Shown piece after piece: positions 38,441 to 47,679 of a stretch of DNA of 64,000 bases. Made by a program: the position numbers and the translations under genes. Within the stretch, counting starts at the first letter, position 1. Every line of letters begins with the position of its first letter. Source of the DNA: a virus; the IMG/VR virus record IMGVR_UViG_3300021171_000004, positions 31,524 through 95,523 of that record; one strand, written 5' to 3'. The notes beneath the pieces are model-generated. The model searched no databases, was not told where the DNA came from, and saw only the letters and a program-made list of their open reading frames with translations.

Positions 38441-39153
38441 GCGATACAATCACTCAAAAAATTCAAGCGGATTATTCGTGGCTCACTCACCATCTTCTTT
38501 TGCTCGGGCTTACGGGTGCGCTCGTACTGGGTTCGGTTTACGGAGTCGAAGCGCTTCTAGCAAAACACGCCCACGAAGCTGCTTTGGATAAACAAGCCTT
38601 CGCTCAAACCCTGCTCCAGCAAAACCAGCAATTTCAGCAACAGACCCAGGCAACGATAAATTCCCTCGCGCAGCAAAATGCCACGCTCCAAGCCGAAGTC
38701 GGTTCGCTCGCAAATGCAATTGCCAGTCGGGACGCGCAACTCCGAACACAGCAGGCACAAGTTCCCCAACTCACACCCGATCAATTGTCCGTAGAATGGC
38801 AGAAAGATATCAAAAACGCGGGCAATATAAAACCTTCTACGGGCGGCTATTTAGTGGACCAGCAAGCCGCGATTGCGAGCGTTCAGGCCATCGAAGCTGT
38901 TCCTGTGCTCGAACAGGATGTTTCAGATTTGCAAAAACAAAACTCCAGCCTGCAAGTTCAGTTTGTGAACGAAGTAGCTATCTACAACGACGAGAAAAAA
39001 GCGCACGCTTCGGACAATGCGTCGAATACCGCCACAATCTCCGCAAAAGATGCGGAGATTAAAGATATCAAAGCGCAGGCCCGCAAGAGCAAATTAAAAT
39101 GGTTCGGGCTAGGATTTTTGGCGGGATTTTTCGCACGGACGGCGGGGTTGTGA
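38437..39153 (+). CDS. Spanin-like membrane coiled-coil protein
   Basis: N-terminal TM, long Gln-rich coiled coil, C-terminal hydrophobic tail. Confidence 0.5.
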   Translation: MSDTITQKIQADYSWLTHHLLLLGLTGALVLGSVYGVEALLAKHAHEAALDKQAFAQTLLQQNQQFQQQTQATINSLAQQNATLQAEVGSLANAIASRDAQLRTQQAQVPQLTPDQLSVEWQKDIKNAGNIKPSTGGYLVDQQAAIASVQAIEAVPVLEQDVSDLQKQNSSLQVQFVNEVAIYNDEKKAHASDNASNTATISAKDAEIKDIKAQARKSKLKWFGLGFLAGFFARTAGL

Positions 39154-39587
39154 TAGTAGACGGGAAACCACGACTTTATATTCCATGCCCGAATTGTCCA
39201 AACGGTTCGTGGCGTGGCGACCATCTCTCCATTGGTTTCAAAACCCATTGGGCCTGTGAAAGCTGCCATTGGTATTCGAATATCGAACGAATCAGCGAGG
39301 GTCAATTCAAAGTTGAAGGCCGCAGCGAAAAAGAAACACCTGTCACGGTCACTCTAAAGTCTGTCACCGAACCGCCAATCTATCTGAAATTGAACGCTTG
39401 GAAATACGCACACAGTCAGAAAGATACTCCAGAAGAGTACGCTGGGCACCAAGAATATTTTTACAACGAACACACTTGTCCGACGAACTGGACTCGCGAA
39501 ATAGAGCAGATTATTTTTCAGGGCGACACAGACCCGCACGGAGTTTTTCAGTTTGTTTCAGTCGTGGACGGACACTTAGAAACATGA
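39150..39587 (+). CDS. Hypothetical protein with zinc ribbon
   Basis: GTG start overlapping the previous stop; CPNC...CESC. Confidence 0.55.
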   Translation: MIVDGKPRLYIPCPNCPNGSWRGDHLSIGFKTHWACESCHWYSNIERISEGQFKVEGRSEKETPVTVTLKSVTEPPIYLKLNAWKYAHSQKDTPEEYAGHQEYFYNEHTCPTNWTREIEQIIFQGDTDPHGVFQFVSVVDGHLET

Positions 39588-39718
39588 ACTTCTGCGAACT
39601 GTGCGGGTTAACCGAAGATGACGGGGCTAATCTCGACTTCTGTTCGGATTGTGAACAGACTTTTTGCTCCGGGTGCGCCGGAGCCCATGAAGAGTATTGT
39701 TTAGGTCTAGGAGAATAG
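39584..39718 (+). CDS. Small Cys-rich zinc-finger protein
   Basis: MNFCELCG...CSDCEQTFCSGCAGAH. Confidence 0.5.
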   Translation: MNFCELCGLTEDDGANLDFCSDCEQTFCSGCAGAHEEYCLGLGE

Positions 39719-40909
39719 ATGGCTGGATATTCTGTCAGACAGTGCCCGAACTGTAAGGAAACGAAAAAGTTCCGGAAAGACTGCCTGACCTGCGGATGTG
39801 TGAAAAACGCTTGGAAAGGACAGCCTTCTGCGGTTCCAACCATTGCGCCTCCTACGCCACAGCAACAGGTTGATATCGAACTCGAAAAACTTCGGGTCAA
39901 AAAAGAAGGCCATGGTACCACTATTTCGATCCTCCAAGAACGGGTGCTCCAACTCGAAAAAGAGAACGAAGCCCTTCTAAAAATTTCAGCAGCTACTCCG
40001 CAAATCATTGATGTGCTGCCAAAGGCTCCAACAAACAAATCCGAATCCGCAGCGGTCCTAGTTTGGTCCGATTGGCATATCGAAGAGGAAGTTCGCGCCG
40101 AGGCGGTAGGTAATAAAAATGAGTTCAATTTGGAAATCGCGGATCGGCGGTTTCAAAATCTTCTGCATGGTGGGCTGGCTTGGTATAAAATTGAGAGTCA
40201 AAAAACCACCATTAAAACTATCGTGATCGCTGCGCTCGGGGACTTCATTTCCGGGAGTATCCACGAAGATTTGGCGGAAAGTAACCTACTCCCACCAGTC
40301 GAGGCAATTTATAAAGCGCAAGGAATGCTTGTTAGCGGCGTGAAATTCATCCTAGACAACACGCCCGAAGACGTGGAAATTATTTTTGTCGGCCACTCCG
40401 GAAATCACGGGCGCATGACGAAAAAACAGCGGATCGCTACGGAAGCCGGGAATTCGCTCGAACTTTATATGTTCTACAGCATTCGGGATTTTTTCAAAAA
40501 CGAAAAACGAGTGAAGTTTGTAATCTCGACAGGCTACCACTCGTTCGTACGATTTTTCGAAGGTCAATACGAAGTCCGTTTTCACCACGGTCACATGGTG
40601 AACTACCAAGGGGGAGTCGGAGGCATCACGATCCCGGTCAACAAAGCCATCGCCCAGTGGAATAAGGCACACCCAGTCAACCTCGACGTATTCGGCCACT
40701 TCCACACCCGTTTCGACGGGGGGAACTTCATTGCAAACGGGTCTCTTATCGGATACAATGCGTACGCTGTCAGCATCAAGGCAAGCTACGAAAAACCTAG
40801 CCAAACTTTCTTTCTGATTAATAAAGAGTTTGGTGAGAAAACGATGGTCGCTCCAATATTTGTCGAACATGAACTTTCCGCAGACGGGTTAAAAACTCAA
40901 CCATGGTGA
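39719..40909 (+). CDS. Calcineurin-like metallophosphoesterase
   Basis: Motifs SDWH, GDFI, GNHG, HHGH, GHFH. Confidence 0.85.
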   Translation: MAGYSVRQCPNCKETKKFRKDCLTCGCVKNAWKGQPSAVPTIAPPTPQQQVDIELEKLRVKKEGHGTTISILQERVLQLEKENEALLKISAATPQIIDVLPKAPTNKSESAAVLVWSDWHIEEEVRAEAVGNKNEFNLEIADRRFQNLLHGGLAWYKIESQKTTIKTIVIAALGDFISGSIHEDLAESNLLPPVEAIYKAQGMLVSGVKFILDNTPEDVEIIFVGHSGNHGRMTKKQRIATEAGNSLELYMFYSIRDFFKNEKRVKFVISTGYHSFVRFFEGQYEVRFHHGHMVNYQGGVGGITIPVNKAIAQWNKAHPVNLDVFGHFHTRFDGGNFIANGSLIGYNAYAVSIKASYEKPSQTFFLINKEFGEKTMVAPIFVEHELSADGLKTQPW

Positions 40910-40913
40910 GAAA

Positions 40914-41897
40914 TTGAAGAAGGAGCTAACAGAAGCAATTGCGCTCGTCCGTAAGCAGCATGGAATCACCAGTATCATGCAACTTGGTTCGACAGACAAG
41001 CTAAAAGTAGACGTGATTCCCTCTGGCTCGCTTGCCGTGGATATCGCTCTCGGAATCGGTGGTTTCCCCCGCGGGCGTGTAGTGGAAATTTATGGCCCGG
41101 AAAGCGGTGGAAAAACCACACTCACTCTTCACCTAATTGCAGAAGCTCAAAAACTCGGCGGGGAATGTGCTTTTATCGACGCCGAACACGCCTTTGATCC
41201 TGTTTACGCCCGAAAATTGAATATCGATACGGACAAACTTCTTATTTCACAGCCCGACAACGGCGAACAGGCGCTCGAAATAGCGGAAACTTTAATCAAA
41301 GGCGGGATTGATGTAGTGATTATTGATTCAGTGGCCGCTCTGGTGCCTCGCGCCGAACTCGAAGGCGAAATGGGTGATCCGCAAATGGGTCTGCAAGCCC
41401 GGATGATGTCTCAGGCGCTCCGAAAACTCACGGCCATCACCGCAAAATCCAATACCTGCCTTGTTTTTATCAACCAGATTCGCGAAAAAATAGGCGTGAT
41501 GTTCGGCAATCCAGAAACCACAACTGGTGGCCGGGCGCTCAAATTCTACGCAAGCATCCGCGTGGATATCCGCCGAATCGGTAAACCCTCCGAAACCGAT
41601 GGAGTGAAAACCTCTAATCCCATAAAGCTGAAAATAGTGAAGAACAAATTGGCTGCGCCTTTCAAGGAAGTCGAAACCGCTATTATCTACGGCGAAGGCA
41701 TTTCCAAAGAGGCCGACTTAATTACTTTCGGAGTAGAAAAAGGATTGATTGAAAAATCCGGCTCGTGGTACACTGTGAATGGCGACCGAATTGGCCAAGG
41801 CGCGGAAAACGCCCGGGTATGTTTAAAAAATAATCCTGAGTTGCGAAACCGATTGGAATCCACTTTGCGGAATTTGTATTTTCCGGAGGCGAAATGA
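40914..41897 (+). CDS. recA: Recombinase A
   Basis: [44 protein letters not shown]. Confidence 0.95.
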   Translation: MKKELTEAIALVRKQHGITSIMQLGSTDKLKVDVIPSGSLAVDIALGIGGFPRGRVVEIYGPESGGKTTLTLHLIAEAQKLGGECAFIDAEHAFDPVYARKLNIDTDKLLISQPDNGEQALEIAETLIKGGIDVVIIDSVAALVPRAELEGEMGDPQMGLQARMMSQALRKLTAITAKSNTCLVFINQIREKIGVMFGNPETTTGGRALKFYASIRVDIRRIGKPSETDGVKTSNPIKLKIVKNKLAAPFKEVETAIIYGEGISKEADLITFGVEKGLIEKSGSWYTVNGDRIGQGAENARVCLKNNPELRNRLESTLRNLYFPEAK

Positions 41898-42053
41898 CAT
41901 ATTCTGAAAACCGGGCCGCACTCATCGTCAGAATAAAAGCAAATCGACAACAGTGTGAATTAGCCTTATCCCCTTTTCTCGGGATAGAAGATTTTTATAT
42001 TTTCGATGATCTTCTTTCTGGTGAAAAGTTTATCATTCACAAAAAAGAAATCG

Positions 42054-42449
42054 ATGAGTAACCCCGCACCGTACAAATTTTGTGAAGCCCACATGAAACC
42101 AAGCATCGGCCCCAACCGATGCCATGAATGTTTTGGTGCCCAACCAAACCCCACGAACGAACCTGTTCACAAAGTGAACACTACACCTCCAAGCACAAAA
42201 CTCCAAGAAAACGGAAGTATTGTGCAACAAAATGTAGTGCCCGAACCCGCCCTCACCGATCCCACCGCTCAAAAAGTAGTCGAAGCCGCCCAGAATTATG
42301 CCCGAGCAATCGAAACCGTAAAAATAATCTCCGAACAATTAACAGAAGCCAAGGAACTCGTGGCTGCGCTCGAAAAACAACTCAAAGGAAACCAGGATTT
42401 GGCAGATGCCGCGCAAAACGAACTACGGGAAGCGACGGTGAAAAAATGA
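42054..42449 (+). CDS. Hypothetical protein (Cys motif plus coiled coil)
   Basis: ORF coupled to the next gene. Confidence 0.55.
   Translation: MSNPAPYKFCEAHMKPSIGPNRCHECFGAQPNPTNEPVHKVNTTPPSTKLQENGSIVQQNVVPEPALTDPTAQKVVEAAQNYARAIETVKIISEQLTEAKELVAALEKQLKGNQDLADAAQNELREATVKK
42165..42179. repeat. Dispersed palindrome (perfect copy)
   Basis: gttcacaaagtgaac. Confidence 0.85.
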
Positions 42450-43234
42450 GAGTTTTGGTACTCGGAGACCTAATCGTAGACAAGTACAGAATGTGTATGG
42501 CTACTCGGCTGTGTCCAGAAGGTCCTGTTCCCGTATTGGTCGAAGAAAAAAGTTTTGAGTCCCAAGGCGGGGCAGGATTGGTTGCGAACCAACTTATTGA
42601 ATTGGCCGGAAAAGAGAGCGTGGTTTTCATCCCCGGAACGATTTCAACGAAGGAGAGAGTTTTTGCAGACGACCGATTGATGCTCCGAATTGACCGTGAT
42701 TCCCCCGAACCTTTAGATTCGAAATTTTATGGCAGAAACATCGCGGCGCAATTGAAATCCCCACCCGACGCGATTATTGTTTCGGATTACGGAAAAGGTT
42801 CTTTCACTGGTGCGCTTTCCCGAGATATTGTTCGGGCCGCAGACACTTTAAAAATTCCAGTTTTCGTGGACGCAAAAAATTCATGGGATGCCTATTGGGG
42901 TTGTTTCGCAATGTTTCCGAACAAAACGGAAACAAATTATCACAAACTATGCGGAAGCATGGCAAAACACGTCATCAATAAATTAGGCCCTGATGGGTGT
43001 TCAGTAGACGGAAATCCGATCTCAACAAAAAACCATCCAGTCCGAGACACAACCGGAGCCGGAGATTGCTTTCTCGCCGCATTCGTGTACAAGTATTTAG
43101 ATACCGCTCCGCAATTTCGAACCGCACAGCATGATTTAGAAGAATGCGCCCGATTCGCTAACAAAGTTGCAGGCATCAGTGTGGAATTTGTGGGCACTCA
43201 CGTAGTTACGAGAGCAGAACTTGAAAATAATTGA
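42446..43234 (+). CDS. PfkB-family kinase, HldA/RfaE (heptose-7-phosphate kinase)-like
   Basis: 'VLVLGDLIVDKY..RLCPEGPVPVL..GGAGLVA', 'IVSDYGKG', 'DTTGAGDCF'. Confidence 0.8.
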   Translation: MRVLVLGDLIVDKYRMCMATRLCPEGPVPVLVEEKSFESQGGAGLVANQLIELAGKESVVFIPGTISTKERVFADDRLMLRIDRDSPEPLDSKFYGRNIAAQLKSPPDAIIVSDYGKGSFTGALSRDIVRAADTLKIPVFVDAKNSWDAYWGCFAMFPNKTETNYHKLCGSMAKHVINKLGPDGCSVDGNPISTKNHPVRDTTGAGDCFLAAFVYKYLDTAPQFRTAQHDLEECARFANKVAGISVEFVGTHVVTRAELENN

Positions 43235-43898
43235 GCCGTCTTTCGAAATTCTGACTCCGTGGGGTTCACTTAATGAACAGGTGGGCGTTCAACTGCTACA
43301 GTTCATAGAGCGGATGGCTCGAATTTCGCACCGTTCGGAAGACAAACAAACTCCCGATTCGTGGAAAAGATTTATACAAGCAGTTGTATTGGAACACGGG
43401 GATTGGAGCGTAGTCGAGCACGCCTCGCTCACCGTAATTTTCAGAGTTGACCGTGGAGTTACGCACGAACTCGTCCGGCACAGACTTTTTTCATTTACAC
43501 AAGAGAGCACAAGGTTCGTGAATTACGGAAAATCCGAACTCGAATTCATACAACCTGCCCGAATCGAAGAAGGCGGGCATGTCTATTCCAATATTCCAAC
43601 ATGGGAGCGAGCCGTCGCGGTTTCCGAACAAGCCTATCTTGAACTTCTGCGAAACGGAGTGCGCCCTCAGGAAGCCCGCTCAGTTCTACCAAATGCGCTC
43701 GCGGCTACCATATCGGTAACTGGAAATCTCAGATCATGGCGGTGGCTGCTTTTGGCTCGAACAACGAAGGAGACGCATCCAGATTTTAAAAGAGTCACAG
43801 TTCCTTTGCTCGCGGAATTTCAGAAAAACATCCCGTTACTTTTTGACGACATAGTACCCGAACAAAAACAATCTCAGGCTTTTGCGAGGCCACATTGA
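43221..43898 (+). CDS. thyX: FAD-dependent thymidylate synthase
   Basis: 'SVVEHA', 'THELVRHRLFSFTQESTRFV', 'EARSVLP', 'NLRSW'. Confidence 0.9.
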   Translation: MKIIEPSFEILTPWGSLNEQVGVQLLQFIERMARISHRSEDKQTPDSWKRFIQAVVLEHGDWSVVEHASLTVIFRVDRGVTHELVRHRLFSFTQESTRFVNYGKSELEFIQPARIEEGGHVYSNIPTWERAVAVSEQAYLELLRNGVRPQEARSVLPNALAATISVTGNLRSWRWLLLARTTKETHPDFKRVTVPLLAEFQKNIPLLFDDIVPEQKQSQAFARPH

Positions 43899-44309
43899 AA
43901 TCTGTCTATCTAATCGGTTCGCTCCGGAATGAAGCCGTCCCAGAATTCGGGCAAGAATTACGAAAAATAGGATTGGACGTTTTCGATGATTGGTATGGGG
44001 CCGGAAAAATTGCGGACGATTCATGGCAGGCATACGAAAATTTACGTGGCCGGAATTTCGCGGATGCTTTGGCAGGATACGCCGCCCGGCATGTTTTCCA
44101 TTTTGATAAAACTCATTTGGACCGCTGTGACGCAGCTATTCTACTCCTCCCTGCCGGAAAGAGCGGCCACCTCGAACTAGGCTATATGATTGGTTCTGGA
44201 AAACCAGGCTTTATTTGGGAATTATATAGCTAACTCCCGTATGAAAACAAAGGACTTATAACCCCTGTGTTTTCAGTACGTACCAGTACTAAATAGTTTG
44301 AGAAAGTAC

Positions 44310-44338
44310 TTGACTCCCTTGAGGTAGTTATGTACACT
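44310..44338 (+). promoter_or_regulatory. IS-internal promoter overlapping a partial IR copy
   Basis: TTGACT-N17-TACACT; TTGACTCCCTTGA equals the inner part of the right end read on the minus strand. Confidence 0.6.
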
Positions 44339-44359
44339 GTATCTAGTGGAGGCAATCAC

Positions 44360-44566
44360 ATGGGACTCGGAAACAACAGAGATTACAAAACAAGAGCCGC
44401 CAGAATCACTCGCAATCTCATGGCTCATCAGATTCTAATGGAGCGCAATATGCTGGCTGGCGAGTCGAGAGAAGAAGCATCCAAATCAGCAATGCGAGAA
44501 TTGAAAGGAATGACCAAACTTCAATCCGAGCGATTGATAGAACGGCATACAGGGAGCGGACTGTGA
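44360..44566 (+). CDS. IS passenger hypothetical protein
   Basis: RBS GGAGG before ATG 44360. Confidence 0.6.
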   Translation: MGLGNNRDYKTRAARITRNLMAHQILMERNMLAGESREEASKSAMRELKGMTKLQSERLIERHTGSGL

Positions 44567-44940
44567 TTTGCAAATGTGGGCATCATCGGGCCGACCACAT
44601 GGGCATGGGGCCATCTCGCGGAAAGCCGATTATGTCCGCTTGCTGCATTTCAGAGTGCGGCTGCATTGAGTGGCGTCCAAAAAGAAACAGAGACGATGCC
44701 CACGCATTCTGCCGTGAGTTGTTAAAACGAACCATGACAGAAGTACGCCAACACTTCACCGCCGAAGAGATAAAGGGAGCGTGGGTCTACGACGCTGGCG
44801 GAAGAAAAGAATATGAGTTTCACGGTGCGAACAAAGAATACTTTCATGGTCTGGACGCTGACTGTGCGTGGAGCGCAAAAGCAACGGGGTGGTCGAGGAT
44901 GCTGCACACTAAATTAGAAGGAAGAAAGGCGGAACTATGA
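44563..44940 (+). CDS. IS passenger protein with CxCGH..C..CxC motif
   Basis: Coupled ORF. Confidence 0.6.
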   Translation: MICKCGHHRADHMGMGPSRGKPIMSACCISECGCIEWRPKRNRDDAHAFCRELLKRTMTEVRQHFTAEEIKGAWVYDAGGRKEYEFHGANKEYFHGLDADCAWSAKATGWSRMLHTKLEGRKAEL

Positions 44941-45077
44941 TTCGTCGATTCATTAACTGGCTTATTGGCGAGTGCTATTGCGAACAACCTGAGCCACTAC
45001 AAATCGCAGCGGAAGCGGGAATTTGCAACCGTTGTAAGCGTCGTCTTTGGGGCGAAGATTTCAATCATTGGCTATGA
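44937..45077 (+). CDS. IS passenger small Cys-containing protein (46 aa)
   Basis: ATGA coupling; CYC...CNRC. Confidence 0.45.
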   Translation: MIRRFINWLIGECYCEQPEPLQIAAEAGICNRCKRRLWGEDFNHWL

Positions 45078-45092
45078 GAAAGGGAGCAAACC

Positions 45093-45209
45093 ATGAACAC
45101 GGAAGCAATCAGCTTGATATTAGTAATCGTAGGTTTTGTGTTCTTTCCCGCTATTTTGATGGTTTATAGTTCCTATTTAGACTTAAAAGTGATAGCAGGA
45201 AAACAATGA
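45093..45209 (+). CDS. IS passenger small membrane peptide (38 aa)
   Basis: RBS GGGAG; single TM; stop overlaps the transposase start. Confidence 0.45.
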   Translation: MNTEAISLILVIVGFVFFPAILMVYSSYLDLKVIAGKQ

Positions 45210-46123
45210 GCCGCTCCACTATCAGCACGTTCAAGCTATTTGAACTGTTCCCCGATGAACCTACCGCTCGCAAGTATCTGGAGGGGCGTCTGTGGCCTAA
45301 CGGTGTTACCTGTCCTCAATGCAAGAGCAAAGAGCGCATCACGGTTCGCAAGGATGGCTTCTATCGTTGCAATGCTGACAAGCTGGACTTCACTGTGAGA
45401 ACAGGAACTATTTTCGAGCGGTCGCACGTTCCTCTTCACAAGTGGCTGTATGCGATGTACCTGCTAGTGACCGCTCGCAAGGGAATCTCTTCCCTGCAAC
45501 TCGGAAAGGAAATCGGTATCACGCAAAAGTCCGCATGGTTTGTTCTCCACAGGCTCCGAGAGGCTTGCGGCACCAAACTGGAAATGCTCAAGGGCACAGT
45601 CGAAGTGGACGAAACGTTCTTCGGGGGCGAAGAGAACAATCGCCACATGTACGACCGCATCCACAAGCCAAGAGAACGCTCGGAGAAAGTAGCCGTCATT
45701 GGCATCCGCGAACGTGGCGGAAATACTTATGCGGCTGTGACTGACAGCATCGGTGGACTCGCCCTCCGCACCGCTGTTCAAAAGAACGTACTGCCCGGCT
45801 CCCGCGTTATCTCGGATGAGGCTCCCGGCTACAAACGTCTAGGTTCCGAAGGCTACAAACACGAAGCCGTGAAGCACGTTGCTGGTGAATACGTCCGTGG
45901 GACGGCTCACACGAACGGAATTGAGTCGGTTTGGGCTGTGATGAAACGTGGGATGCACGGCGTCTATCATCACGCCGACCGCAAGCACGTGGGACGCTAC
46001 GTTAACGAGTTTACCTTTCGCCTGAATCAAGGGAACGTCAGCAGGCACACCACGGAGCGTCTGGATAGTTTTGTGGACGCCGTAGCAGGCAAGAGACTGA
46101 CGTTTGAGGCTCTGACCGCATGA
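45206..46123 (+). CDS. IS1595-family DDE transposase
   Basis: Zinc ribbon 'WPNGVTCPQC', 'GTIFERSHVPLHKW', 'VEVDETF', 'SDEAPGY', 'HTNGIESVW', 'YVNEFTFR.N'. Confidence 0.92.
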   Translation: MSRSTISTFKLFELFPDEPTARKYLEGRLWPNGVTCPQCKSKERITVRKDGFYRCNADKLDFTVRTGTIFERSHVPLHKWLYAMYLLVTARKGISSLQLGKEIGITQKSAWFVLHRLREACGTKLEMLKGTVEVDETFFGGEENNRHMYDRIHKPRERSEKVAVIGIRERGGNTYAAVTDSIGGLALRTAVQKNVLPGSRVISDEAPGYKRLGSEGYKHEAVKHVAGEYVRGTAHTNGIESVWAVMKRGMHGVYHHADRKHVGRYVNEFTFRLNQGNVSRHTTERLDSFVDAVAGKRLTFEALTA

Positions 46124-46263
46124 AAATCCTAGATGCCGTCACGGACGTTGTGCTCGCTTACAAGCCCAAACCAAAGACTAAAGCCGCAAAGCGTAGAGCA
46201 CGAAGGAATAAGCGTGCGGAGAAAACTAAGGCCAAGTCAAAATCAAGGGAGTCAACTATATAA
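46120..46263 (+). CDS. Small basic IS-terminal ORF (47 aa)
   Basis: MKILDAVTDVVLAYKPKPK...; its stop lies inside the right IR. Confidence 0.5.
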   Translation: MKILDAVTDVVLAYKPKPKTKAAKRRARRNKRAEKTKAKSKSRESTI

Positions 46264-46390
46264 TTCCCCTTTATTTTGATGGACAAAGAACCGGAACGCT
46301 ACGACGTGATGTACAATTTCGCGACCGGGGTATATTTTTCTCGAAAAGAACTACTTGACGAATTAGCCCTAGATGTGGTACCATTCTGAT

Positions 46391-46834
46391 ATGAAACGCT
46401 ACGTAGTTGGATTCATGTTTTCGGGAGATGGTTTGGATGTCTGTTTAATTCTGAAAAATCGTCCTGAGTGGCAGGCTGGAAAATTCAACGGTGTGGGCGG
46501 CAAGATAGAACCAACCGACCAAAGTTCCGCTGCCGCGATGTGCCGAGAATTTTTCGAGGAAACAGGAGTAAACACGGACGAGTGCGAGTGGGATAATTTC
46601 CTACTCATGCGATGCGATAAAGAATCAAAAATTCCGGGCAATACAAATCCTTTCGAAATATATTTCTTCCGAGCATTCTCAACCAAAATCTGGAATGTCG
46701 GAACCACCACAGACGAAATGATTTCCATAGTTTTGGCCGACGACCTTCCTGGAAACGTGGTTCCAAATCTCAAATGGCTCGTTCCCATGGCTCGAAATCG
46801 AAACATGCTGTACGGAGAAGTGACCGTAAAGTGA
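46391..46834 (+). CDS. NUDIX hydrolase
   Basis: Nudix box 'GGKIEPTDQSSAAAMCREFFEETGV'; leaderless promoter TTGACG-N18-TACCAT upstream. Confidence 0.85.
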   Translation: MKRYVVGFMFSGDGLDVCLILKNRPEWQAGKFNGVGGKIEPTDQSSAAAMCREFFEETGVNTDECEWDNFLLMRCDKESKIPGNTNPFEIYFFRAFSTKIWNVGTTTDEMISIVLADDLPGNVVPNLKWLVPMARNRNMLYGEVTVK

Positions 46835-47250
46835 AGGTTTACCTCGCAGCCGCGTTTTCTCGCCAATCTGAAATTAAGGTTGTGGCAGAAAAATTGCGAC
46901 AAGCGGGAGTTGAAATCACTTCAAGGTGGATCGACGCAGAGACGATATACAAAAAACCTACGCGGCTTCGCACCGAAGACGGCTTTCACGACATCCAAGA
47001 CCTTCGAGCCGCCGACATTCTTGTTCGCTTCACGGATACGCCTAGCGGCCCAACCGTTCCGTCCCGATTAGTCTCATGCGCCCGTATGTTTGAATTTGGA
47101 ATGGCATGGGAACGTGGGATGCCAATCTTCGTGGTTGGCGGAAAACAAAACGTTTTTGATTATCTCCCGAACATTGTTCACTTTGTGAACGAGGAAAGTT
47201 TGTTGAGTTATTTTAGAAATTTAGAACCGTCATTGGACAGAATTCTATGA
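46831..47250 (+). CDS. Nucleoside 2-deoxyribosyltransferase-like protein
   Basis: 'KVYLAAAFS', 'DIQDLRAADILV', 'EFGMAW..GMPIFVVG'. Confidence 0.7.
   Translation: MKVYLAAAFSRQSEIKVVAEKLRQAGVEITSRWIDAETIYKKPTRLRTEDGFHDIQDLRAADILVRFTDTPSGPTVPSRLVSCARMFEFGMAWERGMPIFVVGGKQNVFDYLPNIVHFVNEESLLSYFRNLEPSLDRIL
47176..47190. repeat. Dispersed palindrome (perfect copy)
   Basis: gttcactttgtgaac. Confidence 0.85.
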
Positions 47251-47678
47251 GCGAAAAATGGGACCGCCGCTATCTCGAACTAGCCAAACACGTCGCTCAG
47301 TGGAGTAAGGATCCGAGCACGAAAACCGGGGCTGTGATTGTTTCGCCGGATAATTTTGTGGTTGGCCTCGGTTACAACGGATTTCCGCACGGCGTGGAAG
47401 ATACCAGTTACCGCCTCAACGAACGTGAACTCAAATACAAACTCATCGTGCATTGCGAGCGTAACGCGATTATCTCGGCCCGGCAGAATCTTTCAGGAAG
47501 CACCCTTTACACTTATCCGTTCATGTCCTGTGCTCCGTGCGCGGGCATGGTAATTCAAGCCGGAATCAAACGCTGTGTTTCGTATGTGAACAATAATCCC
47601 CGCTGGCAGGCGGATTTCGAACTCACCAAAACCATGTTTCAAGAAGCTGGCGTCACACTAAATCTCTACGAGGAATAA
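47247..47678 (+). CDS. dCMP deaminase
   Basis: 'SKDPSTKTGAVIV', 'GYNGFP', 'HCERNAI', 'SCAPCA'. Confidence 0.9.
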   Translation: MSEKWDRRYLELAKHVAQWSKDPSTKTGAVIVSPDNFVVGLGYNGFPHGVEDTSYRLNERELKYKLIVHCERNAIISARQNLSGSTLYTYPFMSCAPCAGMVIQAGIKRCVSYVNNNPRWQADFELTKTMFQEAGVTLNLYEE

Positions 47679-47679
47679 A

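Larger units (their letters stand above)
44217..46268 (+). mobile_element. IS1595-family insertion sequence with passenger genes (2052 bp)
   Basis: 22-bp terminal inverted repeats (44217-44238 and 46247-46268, 20/22 match); 8-bp TSD CTTTATTT (44209-44216, 46269-46276); transposase inside. Confidence 0.9.
43895..46389 (+). pseudogene. Nucleoside 2-deoxyribosyltransferase-like gene split by an IS (43895-44216 plus 46277-46389)
   Basis: 'SVYLIGS..D..HLDRCDA..SGHLELGY'; removing the IS and one TSD restores ...KPGFILMDKEPERYDVMYNFATGVYFSRKELLDELALDVVPF*. Confidence 0.8.
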
